DNA of 64,000 bases, taken from Anaerolineae bacterium (GTDB taxonomy: Bacteria; Chloroflexota; Anaerolineae; JAAYZQ01). The stretch spans positions 15,704 to 79,703 of the forward strand of contig DAOTXL010000102.1 in NCBI GenBank assembly GCA_034435455.1. The letters run 5' to 3'. The notes under the pieces are model-generated. The model was not told where the DNA came from. It ran no database searches and was given only the letters and a program-made list of their open reading frames with translations. The position numbers and the translations under genes were made by a program. Positions 30,226 to 40,074 of the stretch are shown here, piece by piece. Positions within the stretch are counted from its first letter, which is position 1, and each line of letters begins with the position of its first letter.

Positions 30226-30546
30226 GCCTCTATAGCCCAAAAGGCTGTGAAGGGAACGAGTAGGCGCGGCGGAACGCCCAGAGAGCCTGGCCACAGGGTG
30301 AAAGCCGGGCGCGGAAAGCCCGCCGAATATCCTCCTGGAGCCGCCAACCGAACATCGGCTGTGGGCCGACCAGTAGGCCTGGCCGGAGTCGCCCACCGTT
30401 AGCCGGGCGCGGGTATCGCCCCGCAGGCAGGTTGCGTCCATAGAGGGCCGTACCCGATAAGGTGAGCGGTAACGCTAAGAAGGGTGGTACCGCGGGAGTC
30501 AGATGTCGGCGCTCTCGTCCCTTGGGCTGAGGGCGCTTTTTCGTCT
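30226..30546 (+). promoter_or_regulatory. T-box riboswitch leader (tRNA-sensing transcription antitermination element)
   Basis: Canonical T-box sequence AGGGTGGTACCGCGG at 30481-30495. F-box CCGTTA at 30396-30401. AG-box AGAGAG at 30280-30285 followed by GGGTGAAAG. GC hairpin plus TTTTT at about 30508-30546. AAGGAGG RBS and GTG start of the downstream ORF. Confidence 0.8.
30508..30546 (+). terminator. intrinsic terminator of the T-box leader
   Basis: GGCGCTCTCGTCCC..GGGCTGAGGGCGC hairpin followed by TTTTTCGTCTTTTCG. Its 5' arm overlaps the 3' part of the T-box antiterminator. Confidence 0.6.
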
Positions 30547-30569
30547 TTTCGTGTCAAGGAGGAAGTGGC

Positions 30570-31550
30570 GTGAAGTATGTTTCCTACTCCAAATTGAGTG
30601 GCCTGCCCCACATCATCGTGGATGGGGCGGCCCAGGCCGATACGGTCTTGACCTTGAGCCACTGGCCGGGCAGTCCTTCACCGCCCGAGTTCCGCGCCGA
30701 CACCAGTACCGAGATCGTGCTGAACTATCTGGCTTCGCCGGGCGCACAAAAGCGGTATGCCCCAAAGGTGCGCACCGTGTCGAACAACCACTTTGACGAG
30801 GATGGCCTCTGTGCGGTATGGGCCATGCTCCATCCCGAACCGGCCTTGAAACGGCGAGAACTGCTCATTGACGTGGCTACCGCCGGGGATTTCAACACCT
30901 ACCGCCGACCCCAGGCGGCCAAGGTGGTGTTCACCATCCGCAGCCACGCCGATCCGGATACCTCTCCTGTAGCCGGCAAACTCCAGGGCGATGACGACGC
31001 CGGCACTGCCCGGTATCGGGCCCTGTTGCCGCTGCTGGAAAGCTTCCTGGAAGATACCGAACACTATGGGCCTTACTGGGATGGCGAGTGGTCGGCCATG
31101 CTCAAAAGCAAGACGGCGATGGTCACCGGTCAGGTCGATCTCCACGAGGTCCCCCATGTGGATCTGGCGGTGGCCCAGGCGCCCGAACTCCTTCACCCGA
31201 TGGTCCTCTACAACAGCACCGAGCGCCTGCGGGTATTGACGGCATTGCCCGGTGGCTTTTACCTGTTGCGCTATCGCGCCGAGACGTGGGTGCAGTTCGC
31301 CAGCCGGCCGGTGATGCCCCGCGTGGACCTGACCCCGCTGCTGCCACGCCTGCAAGAGCTGGAACGGTCAGGGGCCCGCTGGACCTTTGACGGCATAGCC
31401 ACCAGGACCCCGGCCCTCCAGCCGGTAGGGCCTGATGGTCGGCCGGCCCCCAGCAGCCTGAAACTGGAGACCCTCCTCGACGAACTGGTGGCCTTTTATG
31501 AGCGGGAGCAGAACAAGCCGGCGTTGCAGTGGAATCCTTATCCAGGATAA
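30570..31550 (+). CDS. T-box-regulated protein of unknown function (326 aa)
   Basis: GTG start with AAGGAGG RBS 8 nt upstream. High GC3. No motif I can assign. Confidence 0.6.
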   Translation: MKYVSYSKLSGLPHIIVDGAAQADTVLTLSHWPGSPSPPEFRADTSTEIVLNYLASPGAQKRYAPKVRTVSNNHFDEDGLCAVWAMLHPEPALKRRELLIDVATAGDFNTYRRPQAAKVVFTIRSHADPDTSPVAGKLQGDDDAGTARYRALLPLLESFLEDTEHYGPYWDGEWSAMLKSKTAMVTGQVDLHEVPHVDLAVAQAPELLHPMVLYNSTERLRVLTALPGGFYLLRYRAETWVQFASRPVMPRVDLTPLLPRLQELERSGARWTFDGIATRTPALQPVGPDGRPAPSSLKLETLLDELVAFYEREQNKPALQWNPYPG

Positions 31551-31561
31551 AGGACGCGGAA

Positions 31562-32272
31562 ATGGCGGAGAATCTGTATCAGACAGACAGTTACATACAG
31601 GAGTTCGATGCGGTGGTGACGGCGGCAGAAGGGCAGGCGGTGGCCCTGGACCGCACAGCGTTTTACCCTGGCGGTGGCGGCCAACCCCACGATACCGGGG
31701 CCCTGACCTGGGCCGGCGGCTCGGCGCGGGTGGTCAAGGTGCAGAAGCAAGGGGAGGAGGTGTGGCACACCCTGGAGGGCGACCTGCCGCCGGTCGGGAT
31801 GCCGGTCCACGGGGCGCTGGACTGGGAGCGGCGCTATCAACTGATGCGCACCCACACCGCGCTTCACATCCTGTGCGGCATAGTCTGGCGTGACTATGGC
31901 GCCCTCGTTACCGGTGGCAACATGGACCCGCTGCAGGGCCGGATGGATTTTGAGTTCGAGACGCTGCACAAGGAGCTGGTAGCCGAGATCGAAGCCCGCG
32001 TCAACGCCGAGGTCGCCAGGGGCCGTCCGGTGCGCGTGGCACTGTTGCCCCGCGAGCAGGCGTTCCAGATCCCCGACCTGATCCGCACCAAAATCAACCT
32101 GCTGCCGCCGCACATTCAGGAGGTGCGCATTGTAGAGATCGAGGGGCTGGACCTGCAAGCCGACGGCGGTACCCACGTGGCCAACACCTCCGAGGTGGGC
32201 CGGGTGCGGGTGGTGGACTATAAGAGCAAAGGGGCGATCAACAAGCGGATCTATATCGAGTTGGAAGCATAG
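31562..32272 (+). CDS. AlaX-type tRNA editing-domain protein (threonyl/alanyl-tRNA synthetase SAD)
   Basis: LYxxDxYxxEFDAxV start and HTALHIL (HxxxH) zinc motif of the AlaX/ThrRS editing domain. The second motif reads DGGTHV (Asp in place of the usual Cys). Confidence 0.7.
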   Translation: MAENLYQTDSYIQEFDAVVTAAEGQAVALDRTAFYPGGGGQPHDTGALTWAGGSARVVKVQKQGEEVWHTLEGDLPPVGMPVHGALDWERRYQLMRTHTALHILCGIVWRDYGALVTGGNMDPLQGRMDFEFETLHKELVAEIEARVNAEVARGRPVRVALLPREQAFQIPDLIRTKINLLPPHIQEVRIVEIEGLDLQADGGTHVANTSEVGRVRVVDYKSKGAINKRIYIELEA

Positions 32273-32657
32273 GAGAACAGGGACCATGCCTGAGCGGAGT
32301 GCCGATTGGATGGTCCAGGCCGACAAGAGCTGACCGAGAAACAACAGCAGGGCAACCTTTTTGTGCAGCAGGCCCTGCCAGGGGGGATTTTGCTGGGCGC
32401 ACGTCAGGGCTACCGGGAGGCCGATACAACCCTGCCGAGAACAAAACCGGAGGAACCGGTTATCCAGAGAGCAAGGACTCTCTCTGCGCTCTGATTCGCC
32501 ACCCACGTGAGGGGGAGCAGGGCACAAGGGCAGAATCTGTCAAAGAGAGGAGGATCCCGAGGAGATGCGAAACCACGAATTGCCATCTCCATACTCGATT
32601 GCCGGCTCCGAGATCGTCATCCCACAAAAAGATCACACGATTTCGGAGGAGGAGCTA

Positions 32658-35600
32658 TGTTTGAGTCGGTACCCAATCAGGTAGATTTTGTCCAACTGGA
32701 GCATGAGGTGCTCGACTTTTGGAAACAGACCGCTGCCTTCCAAAAGTTGCGCCAAAAAAACCAGGGGAACAAGAAATTCTCCTTTATTGACGGCCCTATC
32801 ACGGCCAACAACCCGATGGGTGTCCATCACGCCTGGGGGCGCACCTACAAGGACCTGTTCTTGCGCTACAAGGCGATGCGGGGCTACGACCAGCGCTGGC
32901 AGAACGGCTTTGACTGCCAGGGGCTGTGGGTCGAGGTCAATGTGGAGCGCGACATGGGCTTCAAGACGAAAAGGGACATCGAGACCTATGGCCTGGCCGA
33001 GTTCGTCAACCTGTGCAAACAGCGCGTCCTCGAATTTTCGGCCGTCCAGACGGAACAATCGATCCGCCTGGGCTACTGGATGGACTGGAACGACCCGGCC
33101 TTTCTCCGCGACCTGAAAGCCAAAATGGCCCACGACCCCCTGCAACGGATCACGGTGAACGGTCCCCACGGCCCGGTGACCGGCACCGTGGAGCAGATCG
33201 TCGGGCGGCTGGGTCTGCCGGAACTGGGCGGCAGCTACTTTACCTTTAGCGACGAGAACAACTATACCATCTGGGCGGCCTTGAAGAAATGCCACGAAAA
33301 CGGCTGGATCTACAAAGGGACCGATGTGATGCCCTGGTGTCCCCGCTGCGGCACCGGCATCAGCCAGCACGAGATCGTCACCGAGGGCTATCAGGAACTG
33401 ACCCACCCCAGCATCTTTGTGCGTTTTCCCCTGCGCCATCGCCCCGGCTACCTTCCCTCTGCTCAGGGCGGGGAGGATCTGTTGGTGTGGACCACCACCC
33501 CCTGGACCCTGACCAGCAACGTCGCCGCGGCGGTCCACCCCGACCTGCCCTACGTCCTGGTGGAGAACCAGGGACACCGCTTCTGGCTGAGCAAGGGGGC
33601 GCTGGATAACGCCCTGCGCGGCCCCTACACCATCCTGGATGAAAAGCCCGGTGCGGCGCTGGAGGGGTGGACCTACGAGGGCCCCTTTGACGAACTGCCG
33701 GCCCAGCAGCAGAGCGGTGCGGCAGCGGCGCATCGCATCATTCTGTGGGACCAGGTGGGCGAGGCGGAGGGCACAGGCATTGTGCACATCGCCCCTGGCT
33801 GCGGCGCCGAGGACCTGGCCCTGGGCAGAGGAGCGGACCTGCCGGCCATCGCGCCGCTGGACGAAAATGGCCTCTTTCTCGACGGATTTGCGTGGCTGAC
33901 CGGCAGGAGCGTTTACGATTCGGCGCAACCGATCTTTGACAACCTGGCGCACAAGGGCCTCCTCTACCGCCTGGAGGACTACACCCACCGCTACCCGGTC
34001 TGCTGGCGCTGCCAGAGTGAACTGGTCTTCCGCCTGGTGGACGAGTGGTTTATCGGCATGGGCGACCTGCTGGACAGGCCCTACGACCAGCTCACGCCGG
34101 AGGAAAAGGCGACACGGCTGCGCTACCTGATCATGGATTCGGTGCAGGAGACGCGCTGGATCCCCGATTTTGGCTTCGAGCGGGAGATGGACTGGCTGCG
34201 CAACATGCACGACTGGATGATCAGCAAAAAGCGCTACTATGGCCTGGCCCTGCCCATCTGGGAGTGCCACCTGTGCGGCTGGTTCGACGTCATCGGCAGC
34301 AAGGAGGAGCTGAAAGCACGGGCTGTCGCCGGTTGGGAGGAGTTCGAGGGCCACACCCCGCACCGGCCCTACGTGGACGCGGTCAAGATCCGCTGCGAAC
34401 GGTGCGGCGCCGAGATCGGCCGCATCCCCGACGTGGGCAACCCCTGGCTCGATGCCGGCATCGTCGCCTACTCCACGTTGCAGTACCGCACCAACCGCGA
34501 CTACTGGCGGCAATGGTTCCCGGCAGATCTCATCACCGAGAGCTTTCCGGGGCAGTTCCGCAACTGGTTCTATTCCATGCTGGCCATGAGCACCATCATG
34601 GAGCGACGGGCCCCCTTCCGCACGGTGCAGACCTACGCCACCCTCCTGGCCGAGGATGGCCGGCCGATGCATAAGAGCTGGGGCAATGCCATCGAGTTCA
34701 ACGACGCAGCCGATACGATGGGCGTGGATGTGATGCGCTGGATGTACTGCGCCCACAAGCCGGAGGTCAACCTCCTCTTCGGCTACCAACTGGCCGACGA
34801 CACCCGCCGCCGCTTCCTGCTGCCGCTGTGGAACGTCTACTCCTTCTTTGTCACCTACGCCAACCTGGATCACTGGCAGCCGGCCGATCCCCAATCGCCA
34901 ATATCCCATCGCCAATTGCCAGAACTCGACCGCTGGATCCTGGCCCGCCTCAACCAGGTCATCGCCGGCGTTACCGAGCGCCTGGACGACTATGACCCCT
35001 ACGGCGCGACGCTGGCAGTAGAGCCGTTCCTGGATGACCTGACCAACTGGTATGTGCGCCGCAGCCGCCGCCGTTTCTGGAAGAGCGAACAGGACGCCGA
35101 CAAAGAGGCCGCCTACGCCACCCTGTACCACGTCTTGCTGACATTGAGCAAACTGTTGGCTCCGTTCGTGCCCTTTGTGACCGAAAAGATGTACCAGAAC
35201 CTGGCCCGCTCCGCCGACCGGAGTGCGGCCGAGAGCGTCCACCTGTGCGACTGGCCGACCGCCGAGGAGAGCCTGGTGGACCGGAAGCTGCTGGACCGCA
35301 TGGCCCTGGCGATGCAGATCGCCGCCCTGGGCCGCTCGGCGCGGAGCACCTCCAACATTAAACTGCGGCAACCGCTCGCCAAAGCGCTGATCTACGCCGG
35401 GGAACGGGCTGCCGATCTGGGGCCGCTGGCCGACCTGGTGGCCGACGAGCTCAACGTCAAGGCGCTCGAGTTCGTGGCGACCGAGGCGGAGCTGGTGCAG
35501 TACGAGATCGGCCTGTTGCCCAACCTGCTGGGTCCCAAACATGGTAAACGGTTCCCGCTGCTGCGCCAGGCCGTCGCTGCCGCCGACGCCACGGCGCTGG

Positions 35601-36040
35601 CCCGCCGCTTCCAGGCCGGCCTGAGCGCCATCCTGGAACTCAACGACGGCGGCCCGGCGGTGGAACTGCTGCCGCAGGAGGTGGAGGTCCGCCTTCACGG
35701 GCGCGAAGGCTATGCCGTGGCCGGGGAAAAGGGCCTGGTGGTGGCGGTAGACGTGACCCTCACACCCGAGCTGGCCCGCGAGGGGCTGGCCCGCGACCTG
35801 GTGCGCCGGGTGCAGACGATGCGCAAGGAGGCCGGCTTTGAGCTCAACGACCGCATCGTCACCTTCTACGACGCCGATGACGAGCTCAAATCGGCCATCG
35901 CCGAGTGGGCCGGTTACGTCCAGGCCGAGACGTTGAGCGTGGAGCTGGTGCCCGGCCCCGTGCCCGCCGATGTCGCCCGCCGGGAGTCGTTCAAACTGGA
36001 GGGGCACCCGGTGACGCTGGGGATCAAAAAGGGGGTGTGA
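32658..36040 (+). CDS. ileS: isoleucine--tRNA ligase
   Basis: PxxNxxxHxGH (PITANNPMGVHHAWGR), KMSKS-region (KSWGNAI-type) and CP1 editing domain. 1127 aa from ATG 32658 (MFESVPN). Confidence 0.9.
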
Positions 36041-36044
36041 CGCC

Positions 36045-36111
36045 GGGAGCGAGGGCGATGCCCCCGCTCCCATCGGATCTTGCGCTCCCCCTTCCCTGCG
36101 AGGGAAGGGGG
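36045..36111. repeat. two GC-rich hairpins immediately after ileS (GGGAGCG-loop-CGCTCCC; CCCCCTTCCC-TGCGA-GGGAAGGGGG)
   Basis: Perfect 7-bp and 10-bp inverted repeats at 36045-36071 and 36087-36111. No U-tract. Related in sequence to the other C/T-rich palindromes in the window. Confidence 0.6.
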
Positions 36112-36227
36112 ACGCCTGGAGAGCAGGTCGGGCTGCGCCGAAAAACCTGCCCTTGGGAAAGGGGATGGGGTGGGCCGATCGTTGCCTGGCTGTAGGGATT
36201 CCATCGGCTCAGCATGCCAGGGGGGAC

Positions 36228-36256
36228 TTGCCCATTTTTGAGCCTTGCGGTAAAAT
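36228..36256 (+). promoter_or_regulatory. sigma70 promoter (TTGCCC-17-TAAAAT)
   Basis: TTGCCC at 36228-36233, 17-nt spacer, TAAAAT at 36251-36256, upstream of the DksA/TraR-like gene. Confidence 0.4.
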
Positions 36257-36297
36257 AGAAAGCCAGGATAGGGGAATAGACCTGTTGTGGAGGAAAG

Positions 36298-36639
36298 ATG
36301 GCAGTGAGAAGACCCGACGTGCTCCGGTCGTTCCTGGAGAGCGAGCGGGCGCGGCTGGAAGCTGTAATCGCCCAAATGGATGCTGAGGGCGGGACCAACC
36401 TGGGCCTTGGCAATCACATGGCCGACGATGCCACCGAGGCCTTTGAGCAGGCCAAAGAACAGGCCCTCCACTGGAATGCGGAGCAGTTGTTGAAACAGGT
36501 CAACGACGCGCTGGAGCGGTTTCAGCAGGGGACCTATGGCCTGTGCATTCAGTGCGGGGATGAGATCGATCCGGCGCGGCTGAAAGCCCTGCCCTATGCG
36601 ACGCTGTGCCTGCGTTGCCAGCAGCGGATCAAACCATAG
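36298..36639 (+). CDS. DksA/TraR family C4-type zinc-finger protein
   Basis: C-terminal CxxCx17CxxC (CIQCGDEI..CLRCQQ) preceded by a coiled-coil region. 113 aa. Confidence 0.7.
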   Translation: MAVRRPDVLRSFLESERARLEAVIAQMDAEGGTNLGLGNHMADDATEAFEQAKEQALHWNAEQLLKQVNDALERFQQGTYGLCIQCGDEIDPARLKALPYATLCLRCQQRIKP

Positions 36640-36654
36640 CGGGCGTAGAGGACC

Positions 36655-37233
36655 TTGCGATCCAACCATCTCCGAAACTGGCTGCTGTTGGTCGGTCTGG
36701 CATGCGTTTTCCTGGCCCTGGACCAGGGCAGCAAGTGGCTGGTCCGGCAAAACCTGGCCGTCGGCGAGGCATGGGCACCCATCCCTGCCCTATCCCGGTT
36801 CTTCACCTTTACCCACGTGCAGAATACCGGCGTGGCCTTTGGCCAATTTCCAGGGCTGGGCTGGTTGTTCATGCTGGTCAACCTGACGGTCCTGGTGGGC
36901 ATTCTGGCCTACTATCCACGCCTTCCGGCCGGGCTATGGTCCCTGCGCCTGGCCGCAGCCCTCATCCTGGCCGGTGACCTGGGCAACGTGATAGACCGGC
37001 TGCGCGCCACCTGGCTCATCGCCCAGAGCACCGGCAACGTGTGGGCGGCACTGCCTCAGGCCTACGTGACCGACTTTGTCGACATCAAGATCTGGCCGGT
37101 CTGGAACGTCGCCGATATGTGTGTGGTCGGCGGGGTGGCGATCCTGGCCTGGACGTTGTGGCGAACCGACCGGATAGCCGAGGGCCAGGGGGTAATGACC
37201 GACGACGGGGGGGCGGGGGTCAGGAGGGAATGA
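36655..37233 (+). CDS. lspA: lipoprotein signal peptidase (signal peptidase II)
   Basis: Four TM segments and conserved NTGVAFG, GDLGNVIDR, WPVWNVAD motifs. Classic ileS-lspA linkage. Confidence 0.8.
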   Translation: MRSNHLRNWLLLVGLACVFLALDQGSKWLVRQNLAVGEAWAPIPALSRFFTFTHVQNTGVAFGQFPGLGWLFMLVNLTVLVGILAYYPRLPAGLWSLRLAAALILAGDLGNVIDRLRATWLIAQSTGNVWAALPQAYVTDFVDIKIWPVWNVADMCVVGGVAILAWTLWRTDRIAEGQGVMTDDGGAGVRRE

Positions 37234-37282
37234 CCACGGGGCCATGTTCGGGGCGAGCAGGCCCCGTTCTTGTTTCCGGGCG

Positions 37283-38215
37283 ATGAACGGACGGCGGGTT
37301 GAGATCGAGGTGGAGGAAGGCGGGCTGCGCCTGGACCGGTTTCTGACAGACCGGCTGGGAGGGCTGTCCCGTTCGGCGGTGCAGCGGCTGATGGCCGAGG
37401 AGCAGGTCACCGTGAACGGCAGGCCGGTCAAGGCCGACTACAGAGTTCGACCGGGCGATGTAGTGGCCGTTGACCTGCCGGCCGAGGAACCACAGAAGCC
37501 GACCGCCGAGGCGATCCCGCTGGCGGTGGTGTATGAGGATGAATGGTTGCTGGTGGTGGACAAACCGGCAGGCATGGTGGTCCACCCGGCGCCCGGACAC
37601 CAGGGCGGGACGCTGGTCAACGCCTTGCTGGCCCGTTACCCCGAACTGGCGACCGACAGCGAGGGGTGGCCGGGCATCGTCCATCGCCTGGACCGGGATA
37701 CCTCCGGCCTTCTTCTGGTGGCCAAAGAGGAAAAAGGGCGCCTGGCCTTGCAACGGCAGTTCAAAATGCGCCGGGTGCGCAAGCTCTACCTGGCGCTGCT
37801 GGACGGTTGCCTGCAACCGCCCCGGGGCCGCATCGAAGCGCCGCTGGGACGAGATCCTCGCCACCGGCAGCGGTTCGCGGTGCTGCCCGATGGCCGCGAG
37901 GCGGTCACCGACTATCGCGTGCTGGAACCGTTCACCCGCCGGGCCGGCCCCTCAGCCGGCGATTATACCCTGGTAGAGGCAGAACCCAAAACCGGGCGCA
38001 CCCACCAGATCCGCGTCCATTTCGCCTCCATCGGCCATCCGGTGGTGGGCGACCGGGTCTATGGCCGGCGGCGGCCAGCTTTGCCCGTGCCCCGGCAGTT
38101 CCTCCACGCCTGGCGGCTGGAGTTTACCCACCCCCTTAGCGGGCAGCGCGTGGAACTGGAAGCGCCGCTGCCCCCCGATCTCGGCGCGGTGCTGGACCTC
38201 TTGCGCGGGGGATAG
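37283..38215 (+). CDS. rluD: RluA-family 23S rRNA pseudouridine synthase (RluD-like) with S4 domain
   Basis: Catalytic HRLDRDTSGLLLVAK motif and N-terminal S4-like RLDRFL. Start at ATG 37283. Confidence 0.8.
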   Translation: MNGRRVEIEVEEGGLRLDRFLTDRLGGLSRSAVQRLMAEEQVTVNGRPVKADYRVRPGDVVAVDLPAEEPQKPTAEAIPLAVVYEDEWLLVVDKPAGMVVHPAPGHQGGTLVNALLARYPELATDSEGWPGIVHRLDRDTSGLLLVAKEEKGRLALQRQFKMRRVRKLYLALLDGCLQPPRGRIEAPLGRDPRHRQRFAVLPDGREAVTDYRVLEPFTRRAGPSAGDYTLVEAEPKTGRTHQIRVHFASIGHPVVGDRVYGRRRPALPVPRQFLHAWRLEFTHPLSGQRVELEAPLPPDLGAVLDLLRGG

Positions 38216-38240
38216 GCCGGGCCGGGCGGGTTGTCCGGCG

Positions 38241-39104
38241 CTATTTGCCTTTCTTCTTCTTGTCCTTCTTCTTTTCTCCCTTCCCCTTCTTCCCCTTCTT
38301 TCCTTCCTTCTCGGCAACCTTTTCGTCGTCCTTTTTTCCCTTTGCCATTTTTTCCTCCTTCTTGCCCTTGGCCACGGGATCGGGGGGGAGGTAGTCGAGT
38401 TCGCGGCTCAACACCTCTACCAGCGTCCGCAAGGTTTTGACCCGGGCATACCACTTGCAGTTGCCCTCGACGATGGTCCACGGCGCGGTGAGGGTGCTCG
38501 TTTTGAGCAGCATGTCGTTGATCGCCTCTTCGTACGCCTCCCATTTGGCGCGGTTGCGCCAGTCCTCGTCGGTCAGCTTCCATGCTTTGTAGGGGGTTTC
38601 CTGGCGTTCCAGGAAGCGGCGCAACTGCTCCTCCCGGCTGATGTGGATCCAGAACTTGACCAGGATGGTGCCAAAGTCCACCAGTTGTCGCTCGAACTCG
38701 TTGATCTCGCGGTAGGCACGCTTCCATTCCTCCTCGGTGCAAAAGCCCTCCAGCCGCTCGACCAATACCCGGCCGTACCAGCTCCGGTCGAAGATGAGGA
38801 TCTGCTTTTCATCGGGCGGCCTGAGCCGACGCCAAAAGCGATACAGGTAGTGGTGGGTTTTATCCTCCCCTTGCGGCGCAGCGATGGGATAGACCTCATA
38901 GCCGCGCGGGTCCAGCCGCTCGGTGACCCGCTTGATGTTGCCCCCCTTACCGCCGGCGTCCCAGCCTTCATAGACGATGACCAGCGGGCGTTTGTGCACA
39001 TACAGTTGATAGGCCAGCGCTCGCAGTTGCAACTGGTAGCGGATTAGATTGTGGACATATTCCTCTTTGGTCAGGCTTTTGCTCAGGTCGACCGTCTCCA
39101 GCAT
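38241..39104 (-). CDS. ppk2: polyphosphate kinase 2 family protein with Lys-rich C-terminal tail
   Basis: Walker A VYEGWDAGGKGG and the PPK2 lid FDRSWYGRVLVER. The final 45 aa are KGKKEEK..KKGKKGKGEKKKDKKKKGK. Confidence 0.8.
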   Translation of the reverse strand: MLETVDLSKSLTKEEYVHNLIRYQLQLRALAYQLYVHKRPLVIVYEGWDAGGKGGNIKRVTERLDPRGYEVYPIAAPQGEDKTHHYLYRFWRRLRPPDEKQILIFDRSWYGRVLVERLEGFCTEEEWKRAYREINEFERQLVDFGTILVKFWIHISREEQLRRFLERQETPYKAWKLTDEDWRNRAKWEAYEEAINDMLLKTSTLTAPWTIVEGNCKWYARVKTLRTLVEVLSRELDYLPPDPVAKGKKEEKMAKGKKDDEKVAEKEGKKGKKGKGEKKKDKKKKGK

Positions 39105-39114
39105 GGCCCCTCCC

Positions 39115-39945
39115 CTACTCTTCGTCTCCCTGCGCTTCCGCTTCGGCGCTCAGTTCCGCATCCAGGGCGCGGCTGTCGGCGCCTTCCTCGTCGGCCATCG
39201 CCTCGTCCGGTGCTTCCGGCGGCAGCTCCAGGCCCCGGTCTTTCAGGGCTTCCTCCAGCCGGCCGATGATGGTCTGAAAGATCTTGATCCGTGCCCAACG
39301 CCGGTCGGTGGCTTCGACAATGGTCCACGGCCCCCATTCGGTGTCGGTCCGTTCCAGCATCTCTTCGATGGCGACCAAATAGGCGTCGTATTGGCGGTGG
39401 TGCTCCCAATCCTCCGGCTGCACGTGCCAGCTCTTGAGGGGGTCCTTCTCCAGCATTTTGAAGCGCCGGGCCTGCTCCTCCCGGCTGATGTGCAGGAAGA
39501 ACTTGAGGATCACATAGCCATCATCGGCCAGGGTCCGCTCGAAATCCACGATGTCCCGGTAGCCCTTGCGCCACTCTTCCTCCGGCGTCAGGCCCTCCAC
39601 CCGCTCGACCAGCACCCGGCCGTACCAACTGCGGTCAAAGATGGCCATTTCGCCATAGTTGGGGATCTTGAGCCAGAAACGCCACAGCCAGGGCAGGTGG
39701 GTTTCAAAGGTGCGCGGTGCCTGGATCGGGTAGAGCTTGAAGCCCCGCGGGTCGAGCCGCGAGGTGAGCAGGTTGATGGAGGTGCCCTTGCCGGCGGCAT
39801 CCCAGCCCTCGAAGACGATGATGGTGGGGATCTGGGCATCCCAACAGGCCTTTTCCAGATCGTACAGCCGCCGTTGCAGGCGAGGCAACAGCCGCTTGTA
39901 CTCCCCTTTCGGCAGTTTATGGGTGAGATCGACCTTTTCGAGCAT
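39115..39945 (-). CDS. ppk2: polyphosphate kinase 2 family protein with acidic C-terminal tail
   Basis: Walker A VFEGWDAAGKGT and FDRSWYGRVLVER. C-terminal DEAMADEEGADS..AEAEAQGDEE. Confidence 0.8.
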   Translation of the reverse strand: MLEKVDLTHKLPKGEYKRLLPRLQRRLYDLEKACWDAQIPTIIVFEGWDAAGKGTSINLLTSRLDPRGFKLYPIQAPRTFETHLPWLWRFWLKIPNYGEMAIFDRSWYGRVLVERVEGLTPEEEWRKGYRDIVDFERTLADDGYVILKFFLHISREEQARRFKMLEKDPLKSWHVQPEDWEHHRQYDAYLVAIEEMLERTDTEWGPWTIVEATDRRWARIKIFQTIIGRLEEALKDRGLELPPEAPDEAMADEEGADSRALDAELSAEAEAQGDEE

Positions 39946-39981
39946 AGGGGATACCCTCCCTTTGAAATAACGGTATTCCTT

Positions 39982-40037
39982 GGGCAGCCGCGAGGGCGGC
40001 CCCTACCCTGGGCAGCCGCGAGGGCGGCCCCTACCCT
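39982..40037. repeat. perfect tandem direct repeat 2 x 28 nt (GGGCAGCCGCGAGGGCGGCCCCTACCCT)
   Basis: Read directly. Lies between the PPK2 and CYTH-CHAD genes. Confidence 0.8.
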
Positions 40038-40074
40038 TTTCATCCCTGGGGGTGTGCCAGGGAACAGGATGACT

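Noticed and set aside
30240-30330. First impression of a cobalamin riboswitch or RNase P RNA (AAGGGAA, GGTGAAAG, GCCAC strings) in the 380-nt intergenic region
   Set aside because: The region instead contains the full T-box signature set (AG-box, F-box CCGTTA, AGGGTGGTACCGCGG and a terminator). I found no B12-box GCCACTG, no GCCAGGAGACCTGCC-like 3' element and no RNase P P4 strings.
36040-36111. Rho-independent terminator for ileS
   Set aside because: Two strong GC hairpins are present but no downstream U-tract. Annotated as palindromic repeats instead. A terminator function cannot be excluded.
38231-38440. 69-aa plus-strand ORF rich in Ser/Pro/Phe
   Set aside because: It is the antisense reading of the pyrimidine-rich DNA that encodes the Lys-rich tail of PPK2. 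A shadow ORF.
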